Translations under genes and position numbers: made by a program
IMG/VR virus record: IMGVR_UViG_3300042868_005134
Span: 62,001 to 126,000 of that record
Reading direction: 5' to 3' (one strand)
Length of the DNA stretch: 64,000 nt
The notes under the pieces: model-generated
Seen by the model: the letters and a program-made list of their open reading frames with translations, nothing else
Database searches by the model: none
Told to the model about the DNA's origin: nothing
In this document: one piece after another, positions 9,201 to 18,336 of the stretch
Layout: every line of letters starts with the position of its first letter
Numbering within the stretch: position 1 is the first letter of the stretch

Positions 9201-9448
9201 TGGCCTTTCCTTGTACCGTAATCTGGTAAGGGGCCACCGTAGGCTTTTCCCTTGATTTTTTTGCCGCCCACAGTGATTCTAACACTGCTTTTGCCGTGTC
9301 CTATCAAATGGCTCTTGTTGCCTTCGCGGGATCTCCAGCCTTGGCTTTTACAGCTGGCAAGATTACTAGCACCCAGATCTGCGTTAGATCTAGCACTTTT
9401 ACATAGTTCTTCGCTGGCTTTTTCTGTTATTATATCACGGACTTTCAT
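9197..9448 (-). CDS. Hypothetical basic protein
   Basis: ORF preceded by ATAAATA; coupled to the next gene. Confidence 0.7.
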   Translation of the reverse strand: MKVRDIITEKASEELCKSARSNADLGASNLASCKSQGWRSREGNKSHLIGHGKSSVRITVGGKKIKGKAYGGPLPDYGTRKGQ

Positions 9449-9459
9449 GTATGTATTTA

Positions 9460-10281
9460 TTAGCTTTCAAGATCAAGCCATTCATATACATTTAGCCAAG
9501 GCCGTTTACCAATAGTTTCTTTTAGATGCTTGAGATCCGCACAGGTTTTGCTACGAAAACGTTGTAGTTCTTGTTGCGGAACTGCTTCATATTCGAGCTC
9601 CACACCTTCCTGTTCTGCGATGTATTCAGCAATGTCTAGAAACGAGTGCGGGAGTCCGCTACCCACATTCCAGATGCCACTACCATTAACAGTGGTCATA
9701 AAGTCCGTGTGTAGTCTACAAACATCGCCCACCCATGTCCAATCTCTGTACACATGTTCAGCATTTTCCCACACAGTGATCTTGCCTTCTTTGCGGGCTT
9801 GCTGGCGCCACTTGTAGATAGCATTGGCACGACGGCCACGCAGGTGCATCCACTTGCCGTACACATTGAAGTAACGAAACCCTTGTACCATGATAGTAGG
9901 CTCTTGTTGGAATACCCAGCGGTCAAACAAGTACTTGCTCCAAGCATATGGAGTCTGTGGATGACAGGGAGCGAACTCACTGAAGTCTTTGGTTTGTCCG
10001 TACACTGTGCTACTGCTGGCATACTGTAAGTTTACACCGTTGTACTGGCAAGCAGTGAATATCTCTTGACTGAATTCGAAGTTTTGTTTCAGTACAAGAT
10101 CAACATCTGTATTGGAAACGTCTGCTAGTGCTCCAAGATGAATAACCCAGTCGTAGGGTTTTACATCAGGAAAGTCATCATGTATCCATTCCCACCCGTC
10201 AGCATCGTGTCCTTGCTGATGTAACCAACTCATTATATTTCTGCCAATGAATCCTTCATGGCCTGTTACTAGGATTTTCAT
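9460..10281 (-). CDS. NAD-dependent epimerase, ADP-L-glycero-D-manno-heptose-6-epimerase-like
   Basis: TGHEGFIG, YASS, YAWSK, GFRYFNVYG, WNVGSG. Confidence 0.85.
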   Translation of the reverse strand: MKILVTGHEGFIGRNIMSWLHQQGHDADGWEWIHDDFPDVKPYDWVIHLGALADVSNTDVDLVLKQNFEFSQEIFTACQYNGVNLQYASSSTVYGQTKDFSEFAPCHPQTPYAWSKYLFDRWVFQQEPTIMVQGFRYFNVYGKWMHLRGRRANAIYKWRQQARKEGKITVWENAEHVYRDWTWVGDVCRLHTDFMTTVNGSGIWNVGSGLPHSFLDIAEYIAEQEGVELEYEAVPQQELQRFRSKTCADLKHLKETIGKRPWLNVYEWLDLES

Positions 10282-11192
10282 ACTGTTGCAAAGAGTGTTT
10301 TAGGTAACTGTACTTTCTTAACTCTAGGTTGCGTAACCACAGGAGCCGTAGGCACATAATTCATAATAAGGATCTCAGTGCCTTTGCTTTTGGTTTTATA
10401 GTTGGCATTGTTGCCACTTCTAGTGGCAGCACTACGATAGACACTTTGCTTGTGCCACGTGAATTTGTCTTCTGGATAGAATACTTTTAGGTCATCAAAG
10501 TCATAATAGCTGAGAGCAAACTTGCCTTTGATATTGGCCAGTGTGTCAGCAAGCTGTTGGTGCTTTTCTCTAGGAAAGTCTTTGCTGTAGTAAAATTCCA
10601 TGTTGTAGTAGGGAGGATCAACATAAAAGAATGTGTCGGGGCTGTCATACTTCTTGATCAAGTCAACGCAATCCATTTGCTCTACACCTGTAATCTCTTT
10701 AAGTCTATCTGTGATAGTGTCGTTGGCTAACTTCTTACGTAGTGTATCGTACTTGCTGGGATACTTGCCTCCGGCTTTGGTCTCAGTAAAGTAGGGAACA
10801 TTTTTAGTGCTTAGTGGTGTACCTGCGAACACCTGTGTTTGTAGATACAAATACTTTACAGCCAAGTCGATGTCACCCAGTGTAACCTTAGTCCAATCTA
10901 ATTGACCAAACAGTTCCTGCTGATACTGTCGATACAGTGCGACATCGCTCTTGGGTGTGGCAGTCATCTTGGCTAACACTGCCGAAGGGTCTGTTCTTAA
11001 ACATTCATACACATTAGCCAACAGGGGATTGAAGTCGTTATAGACTCTAGTTGTAGCCGTTGCTACCTTTGGACTTTTAACACTGACCCAGCCTGCTCCG
11101 CCAAACACTTCAACAAACGTGCCGAATTGATGTGGAAACAAGGGATCCATCCAACCCACATGATGTGCTTTACCACCGATATATGGAAACAT
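10278..11192 (-). CDS. DNA adenine methyltransferase (Dam/D12 class)
   Basis: YIGGK, EVFGGAG, YNDFN, DPPY. Confidence 0.92.
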   Translation of the reverse strand: MFPYIGGKAHHVGWMDPLFPHQFGTFVEVFGGAGWVSVKSPKVATATTRVYNDFNPLLANVYECLRTDPSAVLAKMTATPKSDVALYRQYQQELFGQLDWTKVTLGDIDLAVKYLYLQTQVFAGTPLSTKNVPYFTETKAGGKYPSKYDTLRKKLANDTITDRLKEITGVEQMDCVDLIKKYDSPDTFFYVDPPYYNMEFYYSKDFPREKHQQLADTLANIKGKFALSYYDFDDLKVFYPEDKFTWHKQSVYRSAATRSGNNANYKTKSKGTEILIMNYVPTAPVVTQPRVKKVQLPKTLFATV

Positions 11193-11201
11193 AATTTTGC
11201 C

Positions 11202-12038
11202 TTATTTAATAAATGCGTTGCCTATAAAAACATTGAAGCAGGCAGTGGCGCCTCCTTGACAGATGTTCTTCCAATGTACACTAAATCGAATTACATCTTT
11301 ACCGTTGGCATTGTAAAACTTAATGCTCTGACCCGATGCCGCAATCTTGGCGATTGTTCTATCCATGTCAGCAAAGTTATAAAACTCCACAGTTTGGTAT
11401 TCCGTTTCGAAATGTTGTACCACACAGTAAGATATATCTTGCTTGGGTGCTTCAGCACCTGTCACATTTAAAATACGTCCCACTAAACTATTTACTTCTG
11501 TAAGATGGTTGTTCAATTCTTTAGCCGCATACTGTGCGTAGGCCATTTGACCCGGCTTGGTAATGTCGGCTATTTGTGTATGTACATCGCCTTTTCTCGG
11601 AAACTTCCTAAGCTCATTACCGTAGTCTGTAGCAGTCTTAAGTTTACGTCCAATCAAAGATTCTACAAGAGCGTATCGTTGTAGCTTGTAAGACTCTTCA
11701 AACTCTAGATACGGCAGTATGTTTTTAGACACACTCTTATAAAAAGTTTTAGCACCTAGGTTCTTGGCTGTGCCACTGCCGCCTGTCTTGCTCATTTTGA
11801 GTTCGACTCGTTCTCGACGACCACTGGCTAATATCACATGAACATCGCCTGGATCTTTATAGTTGTTGCCGCCACTCCATTCAGCACGGACCAGTAGGTC
11901 GTTGGGATTGACTACAGCTATCTTATTTTGGATAGCTGTAACAATACGTTGTATGTAGTCAGTTACTGGCAGACCGTTAAGTCCATCAGTAACTAATATT
12001 TCGGCTTCTTCAGCCCAGTCTCTTTCGTGTTTGCCCAT
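11202..12038 (-). CDS. Putative PD-(D/E)XK restriction endonuclease
   Basis: PGDVHV...RVELKMS pattern; directly upstream of the MTase. Confidence 0.55.
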   Translation of the reverse strand: MGKHERDWAEEAEILVTDGLNGLPVTDYIQRIVTAIQNKIAVVNPNDLLVRAEWSGGNNYKDPGDVHVILASGRRERVELKMSKTGGSGTAKNLGAKTFYKSVSKNILPYLEFEESYKLQRYALVESLIGRKLKTATDYGNELRKFPRKGDVHTQIADITKPGQMAYAQYAAKELNNHLTEVNSLVGRILNVTGAEAPKQDISYCVVQHFETEYQTVEFYNFADMDRTIAKIAASGQSIKFYNANGKDVIRFSVHWKNICQGGATACFNVFIGNAFIK

Positions 12039-12076
12039 AGTAACTATTATACAATATATTTGTAGTTTGTCAACTA

Positions 12077-12541
12077 TTATGAAGCAGTGCCTTTACGCCA
12101 GTCTTCGTTGATAATAGTTTTATCTGAGTTACAATTCAAACACATGGATCGAATGTTTTCTTCAGAGTCGTCACCACCGTCTGCTTGCCTAACCTGATGA
12201 TCGCCTATAATACGATTACGACACAGTCTATTAAACAGCACAGGGCTGGTTGTTTCTAATGTGGGATACTTTAGTCTAACCTGTTCAGATACATCTACAC
12301 CACACTCATCGCACTGCCATTTGCGATGCAATGTGTGCAGTCTGTCTATTTTGCCAGGGCCACCGTATTCAACAAGTTTAAGACTGTGCTCTCTACACAG
12401 TAGATCACTGCCAGGACCCTCAAACATGGACAACGGATTTTTACATCCGTCCATACAACAGATTCGATTTTGACGAATCTGTTCTTTGAGGACACTCTGA
12501 CCTTTTAATTTGTCTTTGCTAGGATCACGTAGTATAGACAT
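12077..12541 (-). CDS. HNH endonuclease
   Basis: CDEC...GDHQVRQADGG...NIRSMCLNCN. Confidence 0.8.
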   Translation of the reverse strand: MSILRDPSKDKLKGQSVLKEQIRQNRICCMDGCKNPLSMFEGPGSDLLCREHSLKLVEYGGPGKIDRLHTLHRKWQCDECGVDVSEQVRLKYPTLETTSPVLFNRLCRNRIIGDHQVRQADGGDDSEENIRSMCLNCNSDKTIINEDWRKGTAS

Positions 12542-12542
12542 A

Positions 12543-13727
12543 TTACCACAAGTCCGCTTTGTTAACTACAGTAAAACCATTGTTAGGTACAAACTTAGGC
12601 ACTTTCAACTTGGTACTCTTCTTAAGTTGTGCAATAAGGAATGGAATACCTGTACGCATTTCTGTTGTAAAGCCACGTATGATTAAATTGCCATCCTTGT
12701 CCACGTCAGTACTACCTTGATTGGCAGTCATGTACCAAGACCCATAAGCCAAACGTACCTTAGCCCAAAATGTGCCAGTAGGACTAAAGTCAGCGTCAAA
12801 GTTGCTACGTGTGAAGTTGACAAACTCCAACAAGTAAGCCTTGTCTACCGTAATGTCTTGTTCGTAGCAAAGATTAAAGAACTCGTATAATTGTCTAGCT
12901 TCCTTGGCGTCTACTGGACGTTCCACTGCCAAGTAACTCCAATATTCTGCAAACATGCGAGTAACCTCTGGATGTTTACGTGTCTTAAGGCTCTTACTCA
13001 TAACAGTGTCAGCCAGCAAGGTAAATGCTCCAGGCTTGTCGTCATCACCTAGTTTACTATGTGTGGCAAACAGGCCAGCGGCGGCAAAGTAGTCGTTTTT
13101 CTTGGCAGTGTCAACCCATTCCTCGTCGGTGGCTCCATCTACTTTGGTGCCCGAAACCATTTGTCCATACTTGTCAAAGAAATCCAGTTCCTGCTTGGCA
13201 GTTCCGTTAAGCAAAATAAAGTTACGACGAATTTCTAACTTGTGCTTGACGTTGTAGACAACTACGGGAATCATAGCACTAGCAGTTTGTTCGCCAAATA
13301 CTCTAGTAAGGATAATATAAAGGCTGATGGCAGTGTGTTGCCCGTCCCATGCTATGTAATAGCCAGGTTTTTCGGGATCCTCATATACCTGTATGGCCAT
13401 GGCCATTGTGCTCTTAAAGTACTGTAGGATTTTGAGTATGTGTCGCAGATTCAAACTGCGTTGCATGGTAGTATCAATTAAGACCTTGTCCATGGAGACC
13501 ATAATGGCTTTACATAGTTCGAGATGCTTGAATGTAGTCCATTCTTTATGGCGTCGTTTGAACTCGTCTGTCATGCCATCTATCATGGCAACAAACAATG
13601 GTGCGTGTTTGAGTGCTTCGTTTAGTCGTTGCTGTAACGATATGAAGTTAGAGGCGCTGTTTAGATATCGTGAATTGACGATATCAGCGTGAGATAATGC
13701 TGTCATATAATTTCCTAATGTTGGCAT
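12543..13727 (-). CDS. ParB/Srx-like (DGQH motif) protein
   Basis: IDTTMQR and WDGQHT motifs; sigma70 promoter TTGACT(13819-13814)-17-TATAAT(13796-13791). Confidence 0.65.
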   Translation of the reverse strand: MPTLGNYMTALSHADIVNSRYLNSASNFISLQQRLNEALKHAPLFVAMIDGMTDEFKRRHKEWTTFKHLELCKAIMVSMDKVLIDTTMQRSLNLRHILKILQYFKSTMAMAIQVYEDPEKPGYYIAWDGQHTAISLYIILTRVFGEQTASAMIPVVVYNVKHKLEIRRNFILLNGTAKQELDFFDKYGQMVSGTKVDGATDEEWVDTAKKNDYFAAAGLFATHSKLGDDDKPGAFTLLADTVMSKSLKTRKHPEVTRMFAEYWSYLAVERPVDAKEARQLYEFFNLCYEQDITVDKAYLLEFVNFTRSNFDADFSPTGTFWAKVRLAYGSWYMTANQGSTDVDKDGNLIIRGFTTEMRTGIPFLIAQLKKSTKLKVPKFVPNNGFTVVNKADLW

Positions 13728-13820
13728 ACTTGCCGTTTTGTGGTCATACTCGACCTGTGTTATCTAGCGGAAATGCTACATAACAAGTTTATTATATGTT
13801 CAAACAATTCTTTAGTCAAC

Positions 13821-13846
13821 AAAAAAGGCTACCTAAGTAGCCTTTG
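13821..13846 (-). terminator. Intrinsic terminator
   Basis: AAAGGCTAC-TTAG-GTAGCCTTTTTT on the minus strand. Confidence 0.75.
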
Positions 13847-13864
13847 ATTATTAAACTTTAAAGA

Positions 13865-14137
13865 TTAAAGTGTAATGCCCATTTGCTTGGCTTTGTAACC
13901 AAGAGCAACGATTTCACGGCTTGGCTTGCCCATTTCGTACTCAGTAACCTTGACACTGTTACCAGCAACACGGCTCTTGGTATAAACTGCGTAACCATTG
14001 TGACGGATACGGCTTGCTTCTGCAGCAATGTTCTTGATACCAAAACGCTTGGTTGCTTCTGATTGGGTAACTTTCTCGCCATTGTACAATGCGTCGAAAA
14101 GTTTGAATGTCTTAGTTTCTTTAGAGATAAATTTCAT
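13865..14137 (-). CDS. Small winged-helix-like DNA-binding protein
   Basis: VTQSEATKRFGIKNIAAEASRIRHNGY; own promoter TTGACC-17-TATACT (14212-14184) and terminator. Confidence 0.65.
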   Translation of the reverse strand: MKFISKETKTFKLFDALYNGEKVTQSEATKRFGIKNIAAEASRIRHNGYAVYTKSRVAGNSVKVTEYEMGKPSREIVALGYKAKQMGITL

Positions 14138-14230
14138 TTTAAGTTTCCTTGTTAGTGTTAGCTTTACTCGCTAACGTTCTATAAGTATAAACTATGTAGA
14201 ACTAAAGGTCAATGAAAACGGCAAGATAAC

Positions 14231-14581
14231 TTATACCTTAATGTCCAAAGCGTCCACTTGTTCTTTTGATAAGTGGCCTTTGAAATTCATATCTGGAAAA
14301 CGTTTGTTAACCAAATCCAATGCTTCTTGTAAGGTAGTACCCTGAGCAAGAAATTCATTCGTTTTATCGTTAAACAAATAAATCACGTCAGCATGTCGTT
14401 CAACTCTTAATGGATTGAAATCTGTTGATTCGCCAGCTGAGTCTTCTCGTTTGTATTTTTCCAGTAACTTAATTACACCGTCTGGATTACTCAACAGTCT
14501 AGCTATCAATCTGTAATTGGCAAACCAATAGCCTATCAAGAAGCCGCCAAACATCAACAATAAAGTTTCAATAATGTCCAC
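14231..14581 (-). CDS. Hypothetical membrane-anchored protein
   Basis: N-terminal TM helix; FLAQG motif. Confidence 0.7.
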   Translation of the reverse strand: MDIIETLLLMFGGFLIGYWFANYRLIARLLSNPDGVIKLLEKYKREDSAGESTDFNPLRVERHADVIYLFNDKTNEFLAQGTTLQEALDLVNKRFPDMNFKGHLSKEQVDALDIKV

Positions 14582-14759
14582 TGTTCATATCCTTAACAAA
14601 ACGACTGACAAATGCTTCGATCAAACAGTTATAATGTTTATCCGTACCATAACGACTATAATGAATCCAAGTACCTTGTTGATCATGTACTATATCATTA
14701 ACTACAAAATGACTACCTTCTCTAATTGTCCATTTTGATCCAATTGTAACTTGTTCCAT
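14568..14759 (-). CDS. Hypothetical protein
   Basis: ORF in operon with SD AAGGA. Confidence 0.6.
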   Translation of the reverse strand: MEQVTIGSKWTIREGSHFVVNDIVHDQQGTWIHYSRYGTDKHYNCLIEAFVSRFVKDMNSGHY

Positions 14760-14804
14760 ACTTGTCCTTTTCAGTATTTATTTTACTGTCAATTTTGTAC
14801 TGTG

Positions 14805-15182
14805 TCAATGACCGTTTCCCCATTTGAGCACCCAGAAGGTGTAATCCTTCGCAGTTAATTTTGCCACTACTATGTATTCCAAATGGTAACCAACATGGTC
14901 AGTGTATCTACGCCACTCTGGCTGATCCACAGCATGATTCATGACCCATTGTCCCATTTCACTTTGTTGCCATTCCCAAAGTGGTTGGGCGGCATAGAGA
15001 TCTGGGTCTTCTACATCGCCCATCTTAAAACGGTGTACTACCACAGTCTTAACTTCCACAACTCGATCATGGACTAGATTGAACTGATTGGGATAAGTTT
15101 TCTGTAGAGTCAACCAATCTCTTGAAGGTTTTGAAGTTGTCTCTAGCTTTGCCAAGTCCTGGGTATTTTTCGCATAGCTCAT
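14805..15182 (-). CDS. Hypothetical protein, C-terminal FxL(K/R)W family (true start probably downstream of 15182)
   Basis: Ends YTFWVLKWGNGH. Confidence 0.65.
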   Translation of the reverse strand: MSYAKNTQDLAKLETTSKPSRDWLTLQKTYPNQFNLVHDRVVEVKTVVVHRFKMGDVEDPDLYAAQPLWEWQQSEMGQWVMNHAVDQPEWRRYTDHVGYHLEYIVVAKLTAKDYTFWVLKWGNGH

Positions 15183-15462
15183 CTAGTTGTTGTTCCTCTT
15201 GCATTTTCTTTTTGGCCCAATTCAAGATAGCCTGGGCCTCCACAGTTAGTTCAACTGTGGCATAGCTTGACTCTAGTTGTTTCCACATGTTGCCATCATT
15301 AACTTCTATACAGTTCATGTTGCCATTGTATCGCATCATGCCTGAACCTACTGCACCTGGGCTGATGTAGGGATTACTTGGACTGCCGCCACTTACTGTA
15401 ATGTACTGACTGGGTGTTATTCCTTTAATCATTCTTCTCCACTCCAACGTAGAATAAACCAA
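15067..15462 (-). CDS. Hypothetical protein
   Basis: GMMRYN...IEVNDG..W motif, coiled C-terminus. Confidence 0.7.
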   Translation of the reverse strand: MVYSTLEWRRMIKGITPSQYITVSGGSPSNPYISPGAVGSGMMRYNGNMNCIEVNDGNMWKQLESSYATVELTVEAQAILNWAKKKMQEEQQLDELCEKYPGLGKARDNFKTFKRLVDSTENLSQSVQSSP

Positions 15463-15665
15463 TCTCGTTGACTGGGTTTTCGAAAGCTAAACAGTCGCTC
15501 GGACATACGCATGCCTTTGCCAAATTCACTGTTACACCAATCTTCCATTTCTTTTAATCGTTCTTCAGAGATAGACTCATCTTCATCTGCCTCGATAACT
15601 ATGCCGGGCAGTCTAAACATTCCCACTTCACATGTTTTCATTTTCATAATGTTTCCTCCAACCAA
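15429..15665 (-). CDS. Hypothetical protein, FxL(K/R)W family
   Basis: Ends RDWFILRWSGEE. Confidence 0.7.
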   Translation of the reverse strand: MVGGNIMKMKTCEVGMFRLPGIVIEADEDESISEERLKEMEDWCNSEFGKGMRMSERLFSFRKPSQRDWFILRWSGEE

Positions 15666-16132
15666 AGTTTACAGGCTTCCCATGTGCGGTAGATATGTGC
15701 TTGGCCGCCTGCTTGAATCCATTCTGTACAGTTGCTTGTGCGGTCATCAATCAAGATATCACCCGGCTTACAATGACGCCACTTGTCGTGACTAAATGGT
15801 CCAAGGAACACTGTGATGTCTGGAAAGTGTTCGTGCGCCCACCAAACTTTATCGCTGGAAGCATAAGGCATACTATAGTCGTGTGGCAATGCTGTTAGAA
15901 AGAATAGTCCGTCTGCCTTACCAGATACTACCGCATCGCGACAATATTCAACAAGTTCTACTGCACCGTGCTTCAATGGTAGTGTGCGATAAAAGTGGCT
16001 GTCTTGTTTAACACGATCCCAATCCTCTTTAGGAATACGTTCGTTGTCTTTGTTCCAACGCATCTTGAGAAAGTCCTGAGCGGCGGTGTGCCAATCGGCA
16101 ACAACATCATCCATGTCTAGATATATAATCAT
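15644..16132 (-). CDS. 5'(3')-deoxyribonucleotidase (HAD, NT5C-like)
   Basis: YLDMDDVVAD, FLTA, ILIDDR...W...GG. Confidence 0.85.
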   Translation of the reverse strand: MIIYLDMDDVVADWHTAAQDFLKMRWNKDNERIPKEDWDRVKQDSHFYRTLPLKHGAVELVEYCRDAVVSGKADGLFFLTALPHDYSMPYASSDKVWWAHEHFPDITVFLGPFSHDKWRHCKPGDILIDDRTSNCTEWIQAGGQAHIYRTWEACKLWLEETL

Positions 16133-16533
16133 TTTCTTGCTAACTCCAATAACATAACATACTTTTGATAGGCTTTTTCCACTGCGGGGTTAGAATCTCG
16201 CACCTGTCTATCTTCACGTTGCTGTGCCCATAATCGTTTACCTTGCCGGGCATCGGTGCTGAGTCGTTGCATGTGTTCCTGCTCTGCAACTAATCTTGCT
16301 AGGTTGTCTGAAGTCAAATGAATAGCCTTCATGGGAGTGATCTTGGTTTCCATTCGGAAATCGTCACTAGAGCAAACATCACGGTAGTAAGGTGCGGGTC
16401 TCACATACTGATTGTACACACGACTGTCTTCAACACGGCACTCAAACTTGCCAATAAAATACTCCAAGTCTCCAGCATTGTCTCTATGTTTGACATAGTT
16501 GTGTCTCATGAGCTCCACCTTAATACAAACCAC
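16129..16533 (-). CDS. Hypothetical protein
   Basis: C-terminal NPAVEKAYQKY motif; operonic. Confidence 0.65.
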   Translation of the reverse strand: MVCIKVELMRHNYVKHRDNAGDLEYFIGKFECRVEDSRVYNQYVRPAPYYRDVCSSDDFRMETKITPMKAIHLTSDNLARLVAEQEHMQRLSTDARQGKRLWAQQREDRQVRDSNPAVEKAYQKYVMLLELARK

Positions 16534-16709
16534 ATGGCATCTTTTTCGTTGCCAAAAAAATAATCAATTCTTTTGGCATCGTATGAATTGCCATATTTGT
16601 GTATGTCGTTAGTGATGTAACTTGGGCAATATCGTTTGGCCCATTCTAAAGGGGCCCATAACGGATCGTAGGGTAAAGTAACTGTCATGACCACCTCAAC
16701 ACAAACCAA
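16506..16709 (-). CDS. Hypothetical protein, FxL(K/R)W family
   Basis: Ends DAMWFVLRWSS. Confidence 0.7.
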   Translation of the reverse strand: MVCVEVVMTVTLPYDPLWAPLEWAKRYCPSYITNDIHKYGNSYDAKRIDYFFGNEKDAMWFVLRWSS

Positions 16710-16912
16710 GTATAATCTTTTTCGTTCTTAAAAGAAAAGGTAGTATTACCAAACATACTATCAATAGTCCACAGGTTGGTGCCCATGCCTTCCCATGTAC
16801 GGGCTTTACCAAATGTCCAACATCCTGGTCCTACATTCTCTTTACACCATTTTTCCATTTCGCTTTGTAGATGATATCTAGTGTTATCAAATGTTATATC
16901 GAGTTCTTTCAT
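16685..16912 (-). CDS. Hypothetical protein, FxL(K/R)W family
   Basis: Ends DYTWFVLRWS. Confidence 0.7.
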   Translation of the reverse strand: MKELDITFDNTRYHLQSEMEKWCKENVGPGCWTFGKARTWEGMGTNLWTIDSMFGNTTFSFKNEKDYTWFVLRWS

Positions 16913-16913
16913 G

Positions 16914-17285
16914 TTAATTCCATCTTAATAAAAACCAATCACGATCTTTTTGTTCTTTAAACCAAAACTTACGATTGTTCATATACCAACGCTGTAATGG
17001 CTGTGGGGTTAGATTTTTAGTCTCATTCCATAAACTGCCAGTCTCTCCAAACGTATCCAGACACCAAGTTTCCATGTCTAACCAACTGCCACCTTCGGGC
17101 TGCACTGTATAGTATTGATGGCCGTATACTTTGCCTTCTGCGCAAATTAATGCTTCAACAGGACGTTGTCGTATATCGTCAATTAGTCTGCTGTATGCAG
17201 TACGGCCTTTGTTTGCGTATTGATTTACCATAGCTTCGAATCCTGCTTGTTCGTGATTGTTTATAGCCATTTTAATTTGAACCAA
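16914..17285 (-). CDS. Hypothetical protein, FxL(K/R)W family
   Basis: Ends DRDWFLLRWN. Confidence 0.7.
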   Translation of the reverse strand: MVQIKMAINNHEQAGFEAMVNQYANKGRTAYSRLIDDIRQRPVEALICAEGKVYGHQYYTVQPEGGSWLDMETWCLDTFGETGSLWNETKNLTPQPLQRWYMNNRKFWFKEQKDRDWFLLRWN

Positions 17286-17662
17286 TTGACTTCCTTGTCA
17301 GTTGTCATGTAGATTTTAGTTTCACCAAACTCAGTGTGCCATGTCCAATGTGTGTTTAGACTAGACGCATCTGTTTTGGCTATTTCCAAATAACTTGAAC
17401 GTTCACAACTCATGCCCCAAGTCTGTATACACCAAGCTCTTACTTCGTTAAAGTCAGTTAGTCGTTTGGACAGTCTAACTTGTAGTCCCCCAATGACTGG
17501 TATGTTGTATCGCTCTGCTGTGATATCGGCTACATAATGGAACAGTTTACTGCCCGTGAATCGTGCGTCTGTTTTACGTATCTTTATTTTCATAGTGGAT
17601 ATTGTTTTATTAACTAGAACAATCGTTTGACCTAGTACCGTGATTGAACCTTTCATGACCAT
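17261..17662 (-). CDS. Hypothetical protein, FxL(K/R)W family
   Basis: Ends EVNWFKLKWL. Confidence 0.7.
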   Translation of the reverse strand: MVMKGSITVLGQTIVLVNKTISTMKIKIRKTDARFTGSKLFHYVADITAERYNIPVIGGLQVRLSKRLTDFNEVRAWCIQTWGMSCERSSYLEIAKTDASSLNTHWTWHTEFGETKIYMTTDKEVNWFKLKWL

Positions 17663-17934
17663 TTTAACGCAAACAATGTTGCGTATTTTTCTGTATAAAA
17701 AGTAAACACAGTATGCCTATCGGTAATTGAATGTCCGTTGATAGGATCAAACGTGGCCTTACGATAGGCAAAGTCAAAGTCAACACCTTGTACCAAACCT
17801 TGGCTTCTCAATGAGCGCACTATGTTCATGACTTCGTCTACTTTTTTGTGTAAAATGGCCACTTCAACTGCCAACTGTATGATCCTTTGTGAGCTGACAA
17901 ACCATTTGAAAACGTTCGAATGCTTTGCGTACAC
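17653..17934 (-). CDS. Hypothetical protein, FxL(K/R)W family
   Basis: Ends YATLFALKWS. Confidence 0.65.
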   Translation of the reverse strand: MYAKHSNVFKWFVSSQRIIQLAVEVAILHKKVDEVMNIVRSLRSQGLVQGVDFDFAYRKATFDPINGHSITDRHTVFTFYTEKYATLFALKWS

Positions 17935-18328
17935 TTGGATTTTGTAGTAGCTGTTCGGCTTCTAACATCATGGCCTTGACACCTGCTTCGGCACAGTCGT
18001 GTACACTAAGTCCATGGAGCGTGGCCAGTTCGTCACCAAATGCTTTAGCCAATTGTTCCCATGCTTGTTTTTGTGTAGGAGTTATTGGAGTTTGTTTCGG
18101 CCGTAGTTCGCTGGCCTTGCTAATGGCTCGACAGATAGCATCTTCGGCTACACGACCAGCTGCAATCATGGCAGCATAGTTTGGATCGATGTTGAATCTA
18201 CGGCTGGTGCCGCCTGGGTAACTCATAACCAAATGGTTACCTTTAGGAAAACTGTCTAGAAACTCGTTGTCGTACTCAGCAACTGGAACGTATTTGCGGC
18301 CTTGTTTTTCGTAATAGATTTTTTTCAT
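17864..18328 (-). CDS. Hypothetical protein
   Basis: YEKQGRKYVPV N-terminus; NPSVRKAFERF C-terminus. Confidence 0.75.
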   Translation of the reverse strand: MKKIYYEKQGRKYVPVAEYDNEFLDSFPKGNHLVMSYPGGTSRRFNIDPNYAAMIAAGRVAEDAICRAISKASELRPKQTPITPTQKQAWEQLAKAFGDELATLHGLSVHDCAEAGVKAMMLEAEQLLQNPSVRKAFERFQMVCQLTKDHTVGS

Positions 18329-18336
18329 ATGTCATA

